64,000 bases of DNA from Candidatus Lindowbacteria bacterium RIFCSPLOWO2_12_FULL_62_27 (lineage in GTDB: Bacteria; Lindowbacteria; 2-12-FULL-62-27), in assembly GCA_001784175.1 (NCBI GenBank), contig MFPR01000043.1:1-64000 (forward strand), in the 5' to 3' direction. Below are positions 1 through 10,423 of this stretch, in pieces. Position 1 is the first letter of the stretch. Every line of letters starts with the position of its first letter. The notes beneath the pieces are model-generated. The model did no database searches. It saw nothing but the letters and a program-made list of their open reading frames with translations, and was not told the DNA's origin. The translations under genes were made by a program, and so were the position numbers.

Positions 1-60
1 CGTCGATTCTGCAAAGCCCGCAGACGCTGGAAATCCCTCTCCCGCTTCCAAACGTCGTGA

Positions 61-408
61 AATTATCTTAGCGGGCATGAGTTTAAGGATGCGGCGATGG
101 ACAAGGCCGAATTCGGGCCCACCAAGGAGATCGACAAGCCGCACGATTGCGTAAGGGCCGTCGCCGAGGAGGAGAATTCCATCACGTTCGCCTCTCTGGC
201 ATTCAAGGAGCCGGGAACGAAATCGCTGGCGCTCAACAAGGTCGAGCCGACGAACAAGAACGTCAAGTCGGGGACCTACATCCTGTCGCGGCCGCTTGTG
301 CTCGTCGCCAAGACCCTGCCGAAGGGCGATCTCAAGAAGTTTTTCGATTTCATTCTCAGCAAGGACGGCCAGGCGATCGTCGCGAAAAATTTCGTGCCGG
401 TGAAATAG
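61..408 (+). pseudogene. C-terminal fragment of a PstS-like phosphate-binding (PBP) protein
   Basis: C-terminus VEPTNKNVKSGTYILSRPLVLV..KKFFDFILSKDGQAIV matches the PstS/PBP_like pattern. An in-frame TGA at 58-60 leaves only ~115 codons, with no signal peptide. Confidence 0.6.
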
Positions 409-420
409 TCCTGATCACTT

Positions 421-442
421 CCTCTCCCCGCAGGGGGAGAGG
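421..442. repeat. REP-like hairpin CCTCTCCCC-gcag-GGGGAGAGG
   Basis: Perfect 9-bp stem just after the stop at 408; related hairpins at 43789, 53557 and 57414. Confidence 0.6.
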
Positions 443-507
443 GGGGAAAGGCGCGGCGCGCAACGACTCCGAGCGGGTCGTGAACCGGGAAGGGAGATGA
501 TGTATCC

Positions 508-2028
508 ATGCTGCGATTTATCCGGAACCTGAAGGTTCGCGGGAAACTCATGCTCTTTACGGCGCTTTTCGTCGTCGCCTTCATGGCGGCCGTCGCCGGC
601 GCAGTCTACATGATCAACACGGTCAAGGTGGGCGGCGCGCTCTACGACGAAATTCGGATCTACAAGGACTCCATCGGGAATGTGGCGCTTCTCAAGTCCG
701 ACCTCAACGAAGTGCGCGGGTATCTTCTCGAGATGATCGGAGAGCGCGACAAGGACGCCCGGGAGTCGTGCCGGGGAAAAATCGACGAGATTGCGTCCCA
801 TGCGGACGCGCTCTTCGAGGAGGTCCTGAAGGTCGTCCGAGCGGAGGACGTGCGGACGGCGATCACCGACGCGCAGGGCACGTGGAACGATTTCAAGGAG
901 TCGATGAACGGCGAAGTCATCCCGGCCTTGGCGGCGGGCCGGGAGGACGAGGCGCGCGAACTTGCGGGCGGCGCGCTCAAGATGCGATACAACCGGTTCA
1001 TCGAGCAGTCCGGCGGTGCGGCGGACGTGTTGGGTCTCAAGATCGCGGAGCTTGAGGAGAACGCCGTCGGGAGCGTCCGCCGGAATCTGATCCTGCTCGG
1101 CGCCGTCTGCGGGGTCATCCTCGTCGTTCTGTTCGCCCTCGCGGTCGGGATCATCCGCTCCATCACGGGGCCGCTGGGCAAGGCGATCGGGATTGTGCAG
1201 AAGAACGCGATGGAGGTCGGGTCGTCCTCGTCCGAGATTTTAAGCTGCGGCCAGCAGATGGATGTGACGGTGAAGGACCAGGCGCGCAAGATCGGGGACG
1301 CGTCGGCGGCGATTTCCGAAATGACGACCTCCATCGGCGAAGTGGCGAACCACGCCGGGCAGGTCCGGGAGAAGACCAACACGGCCAAATCCGCCGCGGA
1401 GGAGGGCGTCCAGAACGTTCAGGCGGTGGTGGTCGGCATGGACCGCATTCAGACGATCATCCGCGAGACCGGCGCCAAGGCCGGAGCGCTGGGAGAAAGT
1501 GGCCGGAAGATCGGCAAGATCGTCGAGGTGATCACCCAGATCGCCGAGCAGACGTCGCTTCTGGCGCTCAACGCCGCCATCGAGGCCGCCCGGGCCGGCG
1601 AGCACGGCCGGGGATTCGCGGTGGTGGCCGACGAAGTCTCCAAGCTGGCCGAGCGGGTCGGGCGAAGCGCCAAGGAGATCGAGGGACTGATCACGGCCAT
1701 TCAGGACGAGACGGCGGCGGCTGCGCGAACGACCGAGTCGGCCGCGGAGGAGGTCAACACACAGGTGGCGGCCGTCCATCACACCGGCGAGGCGCTGTCG
1801 AACATCAATAAGGTCATCCTGAACGTGTCGGACATGGTCAACGCCATCGCCGCCGCCATGTCGGAACAGTCGAAGGCCACGGCCGAGATCCAGCGCGCCA
1901 CCGAAGCCATCAACCAGTCCGGCAAGGAAAGCGTCGCCGCGTCGGAACAGCTCGTGAAGGAGGGCCGGGGCATGGCCGAGAAGTCCCAGGCCATGGCGGC
2001 CGCCATCGGGCTTCTCGAGAAACTCTGA
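508..2028 (+). CDS. Methyl-accepting chemotaxis protein
   Basis: Two TM segments around a helical periplasmic domain; signalling motif [33 protein letters not shown]. Confidence 0.97.
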   Translation: MLRFIRNLKVRGKLMLFTALFVVAFMAAVAGAVYMINTVKVGGALYDEIRIYKDSIGNVALLKSDLNEVRGYLLEMIGERDKDARESCRGKIDEIASHADALFEEVLKVVRAEDVRTAITDAQGTWNDFKESMNGEVIPALAAGREDEARELAGGALKMRYNRFIEQSGGAADVLGLKIAELEENAVGSVRRNLILLGAVCGVILVVLFALAVGIIRSITGPLGKAIGIVQKNAMEVGSSSSEILSCGQQMDVTVKDQARKIGDASAAISEMTTSIGEVANHAGQVREKTNTAKSAAEEGVQNVQAVVVGMDRIQTIIRETGAKAGALGESGRKIGKIVEVITQIAEQTSLLALNAAIEAARAGEHGRGFAVVADEVSKLAERVGRSAKEIEGLITAIQDETAAAARTTESAAEEVNTQVAAVHHTGEALSNINKVILNVSDMVNAIAAAMSEQSKATAEIQRATEAINQSGKESVAASEQLVKEGRGMAEKSQAMAAAIGLLEKL

Positions 2029-2044
2029 TGCGCGCAACACGGCG

Positions 2045-3100
2045 ATGAAACCGATCAAGGTCCTGATCGTCGACGACTCGGCCTTCATGCGCAAATTCCT
2101 CGCCGAGGCGCTGCTGGACGATCCGGCCATCGAAGTGGCGGGGCACGCCCGCACCGGCAAGGAAGCGCTCGACAAGGTGACGGCCGACATCGATGTCGTC
2201 ACGATGGACATTGAAATGCCGGACATGGACGGCCTCGCGGCCGTCCGCCGCATCCGGGAACGGAAACTCCCGTGCCGCATCATCATGGTTTCCGCGCTGA
2301 CCGACGTGGGCGCGGACACGACCCTGCAGGCGCTCAAAGCCGGGGCGGAGGAGTTCATCCTGAAGCCCCGGGAAATGACGCCCCCGGTCGCCGCGGCCTT
2401 CCGGCAGGATCTGACGTACAAGATCCGGGAACTGGGCGTGCGGCGCCGCCTGGTCGCTGCGGCCAAAGATATGCCGCGGGCCGCCAGCATGGCCGCGAGG
2501 CTGGAACGGGTCCACATCGATCTCGTCGTCATCGGCGCGTCCACCGGCGGCCCCTCCGCCCTTCGGACCATTCTTTCGGAAATCCCCGCCGATTTCCCCG
2601 TCCCCATCGCCATCGCCCAGCACATGCCGCCGCTTTTCACCGCCCATCTGGCGGCCGACCTGTCGAGCGCCGCCAAAGTCAAGGTCATTGAAGCGCGCGA
2701 GGGGATGTACCTTTCGGCGGGGACAGCGGTGGTGGCGCCCGGCGGGAGCAACCTGAAACTCCTCCGCAGGAACGCCGGATTCAAATGCACGCTCGACAAG
2801 CCCGACAACGGCATCCAGCCGGTCCCGTCGGTCGACGCGCTCTTTCAAAGCCTCGCTCAGGCGGCCGACCAGGTTCTGGCGGTGATTCTGACCGGCATCG
2901 GCAGTGACGGCGCCGCGGGGATGCTGGAACTCAAGCGGCAGGGCGCGATCACCGTTGCCCAGGACGCCTCGACCAGCGTCGTCTACGGCATGCCGCGCGC
3001 CGCGCTGGAAAAAGGAGGGGTCGACGAAGTCGTTGTCCTCCCGCGCATCGCGGAGCGTCTGATCGCCTACGTGGGGGCCACGCGCCGATGCAACTCGTGA
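2045..3100 (+). CDS. cheB: Chemotaxis response regulator/methylesterase CheB
   Basis: REC domain plus GASTGGP, QHMP, PSVD and LTGIGSDGA motifs. Confidence 0.97.
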   Translation: MKPIKVLIVDDSAFMRKFLAEALLDDPAIEVAGHARTGKEALDKVTADIDVVTMDIEMPDMDGLAAVRRIRERKLPCRIIMVSALTDVGADTTLQALKAGAEEFILKPREMTPPVAAAFRQDLTYKIRELGVRRRLVAAAKDMPRAASMAARLERVHIDLVVIGASTGGPSALRTILSEIPADFPVPIAIAQHMPPLFTAHLAADLSSAAKVKVIEAREGMYLSAGTAVVAPGGSNLKLLRRNAGFKCTLDKPDNGIQPVPSVDALFQSLAQAADQVLAVILTGIGSDGAAGMLELKRQGAITVAQDASTSVVYGMPRAALEKGGVDEVVVLPRIAERLIAYVGATRRCNS

Positions 3101-3555
3101 CGTTCCGGGTCGGCCGCGAGCGATACGGCCTGGACATCATGGCCATTCAGGAGATCATCATTCCCGAGGAGATCACGACCCTGCCGAATCTGCCCGATTT
3201 CATCGAAGGCATCGTCAATCTGCGCGGCTCGATTTTCCCCATCGTGGATATGCGCAAAAGATTCAAAACGGCTGATCCCGATCCGGCGGGCCGGGTGTTG
3301 ATCACCGAGGTGGAAGGTTCTCCCATCGGCCTGCGCGTCGATGGGGTGGATCGGGTGATCCGTGTGGACGAGGAGTCGATGCGTCGCCCGCCGGCCGTCC
3401 TCGCAGGTCTTGGCGCCCGGTTTGTCCGCGCCGTCTGCGAGACGCCCCGGGGACTCATCCTCATGCTTGACCTCGGAAAACTTCTCGACTCGGGCGAAGT
3501 GACCGCGCTTGCAACGTCAGGGGTTGGAGGGACAGCAGATGGCCGCGCCGGTTGA
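3088..3555 (+). CDS. cheW: CheW adaptor
   Basis: LVTFRVGRERYGLDI..GIVNLRGSIFPIVDMR..GLRVD. Confidence 0.95.
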   Translation: MQLVTFRVGRERYGLDIMAIQEIIIPEEITTLPNLPDFIEGIVNLRGSIFPIVDMRKRFKTADPDPAGRVLITEVEGSPIGLRVDGVDRVIRVDEESMRRPPAVLAGLGARFVRAVCETPRGLILMLDLGKLLDSGEVTALATSGVGGTADGRAG

Positions 3556-4027
3556 GAAGGCCGTGTCGAAGGAGACGGCCAGGAAACAGATTCTGGAATT
3601 TGTCCTGCGCGGCCAGCGATACGGCATGGACATCCAGTCCGTCGTCGAGGTTATCGCCTCGCAGGCGGCCACCCCGGTCTTTCACACGCCGCCCTACGTC
3701 CTCGGCGTCATGAATCTCCGGGGCGTCGTCGTCTGCCTCTTTGAAACCGCCTGGTTCTTCGACCTGCCGCCGGCCGCGCCGACCCCGAAAACCCGCATTC
3801 TCGTCATGCGGTCGAACGAATCGGGCGCGGAGCAGGAGGCCGGATTCGTCGTCGACGAGGTCCTCGGCGCCCGCTGGATCGAAACGCGCTCTCTCTATCC
3901 GGCCCCGCCCACCCTGGCGGGATCGATCCGGGAATATATCACAGGCGTGATCGAGGAGGCGGGTGGGCCCCTCATCCTGCTCTCGGCCGACAAGATCTTC
4001 GTCTCCGAAAAGGTCGCCGGGTTATGA
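3539..4027 (+). CDS. cheW: Second CheW adaptor
   Basis: GVMNLRGVVV..GFVVDEV; ATG at 3539 follows a GGAGG RBS. Confidence 0.92.
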   Translation: MAAPVEKAVSKETARKQILEFVLRGQRYGMDIQSVVEVIASQAATPVFHTPPYVLGVMNLRGVVVCLFETAWFFDLPPAAPTPKTRILVMRSNESGAEQEAGFVVDEVLGARWIETRSLYPAPPTLAGSIREYITGVIEEAGGPLILLSADKIFVSEKVAGL

Positions 4028-5793
4028 ACGGGACGGCGATGGTGGCCGACTCGGACTTGCGCAAATTCGCCGCGCTGATCCGCCAGAAGACGGGCATGGT
4101 GATGGACGAGGTCCGGCGGAAAATTCTCGAAACCCGCCTCGAGGAGCGAATCCGCGCGCTCGCCCTGCCGGGTCCCGCCGAGTATTACGATCTGATCTGG
4201 TTCGGCGGGGAGGGGCCGGCGGAACTCAAGGAACTGATCGACGCGATGCTGATCAATGAGACCCTCTTCTACCGCAATAACCCCCAGATGGAGATTTTGG
4301 AGAAGGACGTGTTCCCGGCCCTGATCCGGCGGCGGATTTCAGATGCAAGCGCGGAACCCATCCGAGTCTGGAGCGCCGGCTGTTCGACGGGCGCCGAAGC
4401 CTTCAGCGTCGTCATGGCATTCGAGGAAGCCCGGACCGCGATCGGCCTCGCCGCCGGCGGCGTCGCCGTCTCAGTGCTCGGAACGGACATCAGCACCCGG
4501 GCGCTCGCCGCAGCTGTGGAGGCCGTCTATTCGCCCCGGCCGGTCGAAAACGCGCCGCCACCCATCGTCTCGCGATATTTCACCCGCGAAAAGACCGGAT
4601 ACCGGGTGGCGGATTCGGTCCGGCGGCCAGTGTCGTTCCGCCGGCACAATCTTCTCGACAGCGCCTATCCGGAAGGATTCGACCTGATTTTCTGCCGGAA
4701 CGTCATGATCTATTTCGATGCCGAGACGCGGGAAAAGGTCGTCGAAAAATTCTACCGCGCGCTCAACCCCGACGGCTTCATTTTCATCGGCCACACCGAG
4801 ACCCTTCTGGACTGGCCGGAATTTTTCCGTCCCCGGCACAGCGTCGACGCCATTTATTACGAGAAATGGTCGACCGACCGCCGCGCCGCCGCGGCAGCGC
4901 GCGGCACCATCGCGCCTGCCGCGCCGGATCGCCGGCGGCCCGTCGAGGAGAAATCGCCCCCCGCGGTTTCCGTTGAAGAAAGGCCGCTCACGTTTGCCGG
5001 GCATACTGCGGCCTGCGAGCTGGCGGTCAAGGGCGTTCTGGACGCCAACTGCCCGCGCGATGTTTTCAAGGAACGCATGTTGCTCTTTCTGGCCAAACGG
5101 GCGGACGTCAAGGTCATTGATCTTGCTGATGTGCCGTTTGTTTCCAATGAGTTCATCCGGGTTCTCCGGCAGGCCCTGGCCGTGATGAAATCGGAGGGCG
5201 TTCAGCCTTTCATCGTCTGCCCGCCGGGAGACTTTTTGAAACATTTTCAGGCGGCGGCCCTGGACAAATTTTCCGCGCTGGTTGAGGACCGCGTCCATCT
5301 CCATCGGGAAATCACCGCGTCTCGGAAAAATTCAACCGCCGGCGTCCCCCCATCACCGATTCCGTTCCGGCCAACCGCGCCGCCCCAACCGGCGCGCCCT
5401 TCCTTCACGCCAAAAAAAGGGAGGGCGCATGTCGAGGCGCGTTGTGACAACGGCGAGGCCTGCGTGACGCTCGCCGGCTGTCTGGACAGCGCCGGGTGCG
5501 ACGCGGAGGGGCATTCCGACATCTCCGGCCAGATCAAACAGGCAGTCGCCGGCGTCTTCCGGAAGATGCAGGATCGGCCGGCCGGCCGGCGGGCCGTCCA
5601 GGTCCGGATTGAAAACGCGACCTGCGTCTCTTCCGACATCGTCACACTCCTTTCCCGCGCGGCCGTTCTCGCCCGGGAATACGGCCTGCCCTTTCGGGTG
5701 GTCGTGGACGACGAAAAAATCCTCCGGTTCGTCGCGCGCCATCTTTCGCGCGCGGACTTGGCCTTCAAACTGGAATATGATCGAAGACCCTGA
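4024..5793 (+). CDS. cheR: CheR methyltransferase with C-terminal extension of two STAS-like domains
   Basis: INETLFYRN, WSAGCSTGAE, GTDIS, FDLIFCRNVMIYF, GHTE. The extension has two segments resembling STAS (L.V.G.LD..IDLADVPFVSN; LAGCLD..IENATCVSS). Confidence 0.9.
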   Translation: MNGTAMVADSDLRKFAALIRQKTGMVMDEVRRKILETRLEERIRALALPGPAEYYDLIWFGGEGPAELKELIDAMLINETLFYRNNPQMEILEKDVFPALIRRRISDASAEPIRVWSAGCSTGAEAFSVVMAFEEARTAIGLAAGGVAVSVLGTDISTRALAAAVEAVYSPRPVENAPPPIVSRYFTREKTGYRVADSVRRPVSFRRHNLLDSAYPEGFDLIFCRNVMIYFDAETREKVVEKFYRALNPDGFIFIGHTETLLDWPEFFRPRHSVDAIYYEKWSTDRRAAAAARGTIAPAAPDRRRPVEEKSPPAVSVEERPLTFAGHTAACELAVKGVLDANCPRDVFKERMLLFLAKRADVKVIDLADVPFVSNEFIRVLRQALAVMKSEGVQPFIVCPPGDFLKHFQAAALDKFSALVEDRVHLHREITASRKNSTAGVPPSPIPFRPTAPPQPARPSFTPKKGRAHVEARCDNGEACVTLAGCLDSAGCDAEGHSDISGQIKQAVAGVFRKMQDRPAGRRAVQVRIENATCVSSDIVTLLSRAAVLAREYGLPFRVVVDDEKILRFVARHLSRADLAFKLEYDRRP

Positions 5794-8479
5794 AGTTCTG
5801 AGCACGTTTCTGGACGAGGCCGACGAGCGCATCCAGTCCGTGACGGACCACCTTCTGGCCGTCGAAAAAAGCGGGGAACTCTCCAAAGACCGCGCCGAAC
5901 ACCTTCAGCGCACCCTCCACAACCTGAAAGGCGCCGGCCGGATGATCGGCCTGACGCACTTCCAGAATCTGGTCCACACGATGGAGGGACTCGTCAAAGC
6001 CGCGGGGACGGGATTGGACCCGGCGGAATTGGTCCAGCTTCTCCTCGAAGGCGCGGACGAAATCCGCATCGTCTGCGGGTCCATGCGCGCCGCCAGCCGG
6101 CCGCTCGATCCGCCGGAACTGGACACCGTCAACGACAAATTGGCGCTGTTTCTACCCGCCGAACAGCCCCCGGAACCGGTAGAGGCGTCAGAACCTCCGC
6201 ACCTCCACACCGGCGCACCGCTTCCGATCGACCATCATTACGATCCGGCGGAGGCCGGCATCATGTTGGACGATTTCTTGGCCGAGGCGGATGAGATGTT
6301 GGAGACTTTGCAGAATGCCTGCCTGGCCCTCGAAAAATCGCCCTCGCTCGGCGAAATCAACAACGTCTTTCGCGTCGCCCACACCCTCAAAGGCTCCTCC
6401 GGCATCATCAATCTCAAGGCCATGAACGAACTCACGCACAGCCTCGAGGAACTTCTCGACGGCGCGCGCAAAGGCGAGCGGGAAATCACGCGCGAATGGG
6501 TCGACCTGCTCCTCGCCGCGCTCGACGAGCTGTCGGTAATCCTCAAAAAACTCAAAACGAAGCGGGAGTTCGACCACGACATCGGCCCCATGATCGGCCG
6601 GATCGAGGCTTTGAAAGAGGGAAGGCCGATAAACGCGGCGCGGGCAGACACGCCGGGGGCGTCTCAGCCCGCCGCCCATGAGTCCGATCCGCCCAAACCC
6701 GCCGCGTCGGAAGGCGCGGCCCAATCCATCCGGGTGGACATCGTCAAGCTGGACAAGGTGATCAATCTGGTGGGGGAACTCGCCATCGCCAAAATCAGGT
6801 TCGACCAGCGCATCCATGAGGCGGAGTCCTTGAAGGACGAGCTGGCCCGGGTGGCGCGGGCCGTCCGCGGCGAATTCGACGCCGCCAAGGTCCGGTCCGA
6901 CATCGAGCTTCTCGACGCGACGTTTCTGGAAACCCTCGAGGACCAGCGCCGCGCCTCGGAGGACCTTCAGCGCATCTCGGGCGAGCTTCAGGAGGCCGTC
7001 ATGCGCACGCGCATGGTCCCCGTCGCCCAGGTGCTCAACAAATTCCCGCGCATGGCGCGCGACATCTCGAAGGCGCAGAACAAGACGGTCAATCTCTCGA
7101 TCAGCGGCGAGGAGACGGAGATGGACAAGACCGTTGTCGAGCGCATCGGCGACCCGCTCATGCACCTCGTCCGAAACGCCATCGACCACGGCATCGAGTC
7201 CCCGGCGGAACGCCGCCGCGCGGGCAAGCCGGAGGCCGGAAGCGTCTCCATCCGCGCCTGCTATCAGGGCGACCAGGTGGTCATTGAAGTCTCGGACGAC
7301 GGCGGCGGCATCCGGCGGCAGAAGGTCCTGGCCGCGGCCGTCGAAAAGGGGCTCCTGACGAGGGAGGAGGCCGAGGTGATGACGCCCGCGGCCGCCCTCG
7401 ACCTCATTTTCAAGCCGGGCCTGTCGACCGCCGACAAAGTCACCGACATTTCCGGCCGGGGCGTCGGCATGGACGTCGTGCGCGACAGCATCGCCAAACT
7501 CAAGGGCGTCGTCAGCGTCCATTCCGAGGAGGGCAAAGGCTCGACGTTCACGGTGAAACTGCCGCTCACGCTGGCCATCATTCAGGTGCTGATGGTGAAA
7601 GCCGGGGGCCGGCGGCTCGCGATGCCGCTGGCGGCCGTGCAGGAGTCGCTTCTCGTCGAGTCGAAGGACATTCATTCCATCGGCCCCAGGGAGACGTTCA
7701 ATCTGCGGGGCGAAGCCATGTCGCTTGTTCGTCTGGCCGACATGCTCGGAGACGCGGGCCATGCATGGTCGGGCGGAAGTTCCGTGCGGCACATCGTGGT
7801 GGCGACCAGCGGCCGGGAGAAGGTGGGCCTGGAGGTGGACGCCTTTGAAGGAAAACGCGAGGTGGTGATCAAGACTCTGGGCACGGTCTTAAAGCGCGTC
7901 CGGTTCGCCGCGGGCACGACCATCATGGGCGACGGGAGTCTGGTGTTGATCGCCGATCTGCACGAGATCGTTCGCGCATCGAAGGAGATGGAGGCGGTGT
8001 CGATGGCGCGCCGGATCGTCGACAAAGCGCCGATGGCGAAGGACGCGGCTCGGGACAAGACAGTGGAACCGCCGGCCGGTGCGGCGCCGCCGCGAACATT
8101 TCGCGCGTCCCTCCTCCTCGTCGACGACTCCCCGACGGTCCTCCAGCTCCTTTCGCCCGGCATCGAAAGCGGCGGTATCCGGGTGTTCAAGGCATTGGAC
8201 GGCAGGCAGGCGCTGGAGATTCTGAAAAAGGAAAAGATCGACGCGATCGCCACCGACGTCGCGATGCCCCAGATGGACGGATACGAGCTTTGCCGCCGCG
8301 TGCGCAAAATGCCCGGCAAGGACGCGATGCCGGTCATCCTTTTCTCGGCCAAGGGCGAGAAGATGGACAAAATCCGGGGATTCGACGCCGGCGCCGACGA
8401 CTACTTCGTCAAACCCTTCGAGCCTTCCGCCATCGTGGCCAAATTGGAGAGCATGCTCCGGCTGGTACAAAGCAAATGA
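5777..8479 (+). CDS. cheA: CheA histidine kinase with two HPt domains and C-terminal receiver
   Basis: HPt motifs RTLHNLKG and RVAHTLKG; HLVRNAIDHGIE, DDGGG, SGRGVGMDVV; CheW domain; REC (LLVDD..TDVAMP..KPF). Start placed at MIEDPEVL. Confidence 0.95.
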   Translation: MIEDPEVLSTFLDEADERIQSVTDHLLAVEKSGELSKDRAEHLQRTLHNLKGAGRMIGLTHFQNLVHTMEGLVKAAGTGLDPAELVQLLLEGADEIRIVCGSMRAASRPLDPPELDTVNDKLALFLPAEQPPEPVEASEPPHLHTGAPLPIDHHYDPAEAGIMLDDFLAEADEMLETLQNACLALEKSPSLGEINNVFRVAHTLKGSSGIINLKAMNELTHSLEELLDGARKGEREITREWVDLLLAALDELSVILKKLKTKREFDHDIGPMIGRIEALKEGRPINAARADTPGASQPAAHESDPPKPAASEGAAQSIRVDIVKLDKVINLVGELAIAKIRFDQRIHEAESLKDELARVARAVRGEFDAAKVRSDIELLDATFLETLEDQRRASEDLQRISGELQEAVMRTRMVPVAQVLNKFPRMARDISKAQNKTVNLSISGEETEMDKTVVERIGDPLMHLVRNAIDHGIESPAERRRAGKPEAGSVSIRACYQGDQVVIEVSDDGGGIRRQKVLAAAVEKGLLTREEAEVMTPAAALDLIFKPGLSTADKVTDISGRGVGMDVVRDSIAKLKGVVSVHSEEGKGSTFTVKLPLTLAIIQVLMVKAGGRRLAMPLAAVQESLLVESKDIHSIGPRETFNLRGEAMSLVRLADMLGDAGHAWSGGSSVRHIVVATSGREKVGLEVDAFEGKREVVIKTLGTVLKRVRFAAGTTIMGDGSLVLIADLHEIVRASKEMEAVSMARRIVDKAPMAKDAARDKTVEPPAGAAPPRTFRASLLLVDDSPTVLQLLSPGIESGGIRVFKALDGRQALEILKKEKIDAIATDVAMPQMDGYELCRRVRKMPGKDAMPVILFSAKGEKMDKIRGFDAGADDYFVKPFEPSAIVAKLESMLRLVQSK

Positions 8480-9612
8480 AAGTACTCATTGTCGACGACA
8501 GCCGCCTCACGCGGCAGGTCATCCGAAAAACGCTGGGTGGGGAATTCGAAGTCGTCGAGGCGGCGGACGGCCCTTCGGCCATTGCGCAACTTGCCTCATG
8601 GCCGGACTTGGTGCTTCTTGCCAATACCCTCATGGACGGCAGCGGCTATTCGCTCTGCTCGTCTGTCCGTTCCCTCCACCAGGGAGGCGACATCCCCATC
8701 TTCCTCATGGGCGCATCCGCCGAGCCGACCGACTACGCGGCGGGCTTTGAAGCAGGCGCGTCCGGATATCTCACCAAGCCCTTCGAAAAAGAGGATCTCC
8801 TCAACCTCCTCATGCTCCTGTCCAGCCGCACGACCTTCGCGCGGGGCGCCACGGCCCTGGTCGTGGATGACTCCAAATCGGTGCGGGTCGTCCTGAAGAA
8901 GACCCTTCTCAACGCCGGATTCGAGGTCGTCGAGGCCGAAAACGGCCGGGAGGGACTCGACCGCCTGGGCCAGCAACGAATCGATGTCATCAGCCTCGAC
9001 TATGAAATGCCCGTCCTCGATGGGCTTGGATTCATGCGGAGCCTGAATAATACGGAGAGACTGGCCCGACCGCCCGTCCTCATGCTGACGTCACGCTCAG
9101 ACGAAGAGGCGCGTCAGCGTGCCGAATCCGCCGGCGTCGACGCCTTCCTGACCAAACCTTTTCAAACGGACCAATATTTGAAAACTCTCGTGGGGCTTGT
9201 CAGCCGCGCGGTCGATTACTCCGCCTACACCGTCTTTTTCGTCGATGACAGCGCCGTCACCCGGAAAAAGCTTGACCTTCTGCTCATCGGCAGGGGATTT
9301 CAGAGAAAAGGATTCGACTCCGGCGTGTCTCTGCTGAAATTTTTTGACGTCGGCGGCAGAGACGACATCCCCGACCTCATCCTGCTCGACCTTTTGATGC
9401 CGGGCATCGACGGCATCACCGTGCTGAAGAACCTCCGGGCGCGGGAGGGGCTGGGTCGCGTTCCCGTCGTCATGATTTCCGGCTACGGCAAGTCCACGGC
9501 GATCGTGGCGGCCCTGAACGCCGGCGCCAACGATTTCATCGTCAAGCCCTACAACGAGGACGAGGTCCTCGCGCGGATCAACATTCACCTGAAACCGAAG
9601 GAAATGGCCTGA
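8476..9612 (+). CDS. Response regulator of three tandem receiver domains, no output domain
   Basis: Three VDD..KP(F/Y) units; ATG at 8476 overlaps the cheA stop (ATGA). Confidence 0.9.
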   Translation: MKVLIVDDSRLTRQVIRKTLGGEFEVVEAADGPSAIAQLASWPDLVLLANTLMDGSGYSLCSSVRSLHQGGDIPIFLMGASAEPTDYAAGFEAGASGYLTKPFEKEDLLNLLMLLSSRTTFARGATALVVDDSKSVRVVLKKTLLNAGFEVVEAENGREGLDRLGQQRIDVISLDYEMPVLDGLGFMRSLNNTERLARPPVLMLTSRSDEEARQRAESAGVDAFLTKPFQTDQYLKTLVGLVSRAVDYSAYTVFFVDDSAVTRKKLDLLLIGRGFQRKGFDSGVSLLKFFDVGGRDDIPDLILLDLLMPGIDGITVLKNLRAREGLGRVPVVMISGYGKSTAIVAALNAGANDFIVKPYNEDEVLARINIHLKPKEMA

Positions 9613-9628
9613 GACGTCGTGAAGAAAA

Positions 9629-9844
9629 TCAGGCGGCGGCTTGCGCGCGGTTCGACAAAATGCCGTGTTCGGCAAGCCGGCAGGTGACGTGATCCTGGAT
9701 GAGATCGAGTCCGTTGGGGAGGTCGAGAAGCTTGATGTCCTCGCCCAGGAGTCCGGAAAAATGGGACCGGATGTATTCCGTCATCCGCATGCGGGCTTCC
9801 TCGGCCGTCGACCAGTTGAACGCGCCGTTTTTGGGCAATACCAT
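9629..9844 (-). CDS. Small hypothetical protein (71 aa)
   Basis: ATG at 9844 preceded by AAAGGAG on the minus strand; fills the gap between the two che segments. Confidence 0.55.
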   Translation of the reverse strand: MVLPKNGAFNWSTAEEARMRMTEYIRSHFSGLLGEDIKLLDLPNGLDLIQDHVTCRLAEHGILSNRAQAAA

Positions 9845-9940
9845 GTTGGTTTCTCCTTTCGCGGGACATTTGCGGCCCCCCTTTGGGGGCCTATGTAGGT
9901 TTATCGGCATTTGACAATTGAGAACTGAAAGGAGTGCGGC

Positions 9941-10423
9941 ATGAAAGTCGAATACCTGAATCCGTTTTTGGACGCGTCGCGGTCGGTCATCCAGGAACTG
10001 GGATTGGGCAGGGCCACCGTCGGAAAAATCGAAATCGCCCCCAATCCCCACGGGTCCGGCGGCCTGCTTTCCATGATCGGCATCACGGGCCGCCTGACCG
10101 GCCGGGTGCTCTACGACATGAATGAGTCGACCGCCATCAACATCGCCGGCGTCATGATGGGGGAGACGCTGCCCGAATTGACCCAGATGGCGCGGTCAGC
10201 CATCGGCGAGTTCACCAACATGATTTCCGGCAACGCCGCCACGATCCTCAAAGAGCGCGGATTCGCCGTCGACATCACTCCTCCGACCGTCATCACCGGC
10301 GGACAGATGACCCTCACCGATTTCGGGGAGATGAACGTGACGCTGGTCGTGCCGCTCATTCTCAACAAGGGCGTCGTGACGGTGAATCTCGCGATCAAGG
10401 AGGCGCATAAGCATGGCGGATGA
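9941..10423 (+). CDS. cheX: CheX phosphatase
   Basis: MKVEYLNPFLDA, IGITGRLTGRV, catalytic SAIGEFTNMISG, DITPPTVITG; AAGGAG RBS. Confidence 0.93.
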   Translation: MKVEYLNPFLDASRSVIQELGLGRATVGKIEIAPNPHGSGGLLSMIGITGRLTGRVLYDMNESTAINIAGVMMGETLPELTQMARSAIGEFTNMISGNAATILKERGFAVDITPPTVITGGQMTLTDFGEMNVTLVVPLILNKGVVTVNLAIKEAHKHGG

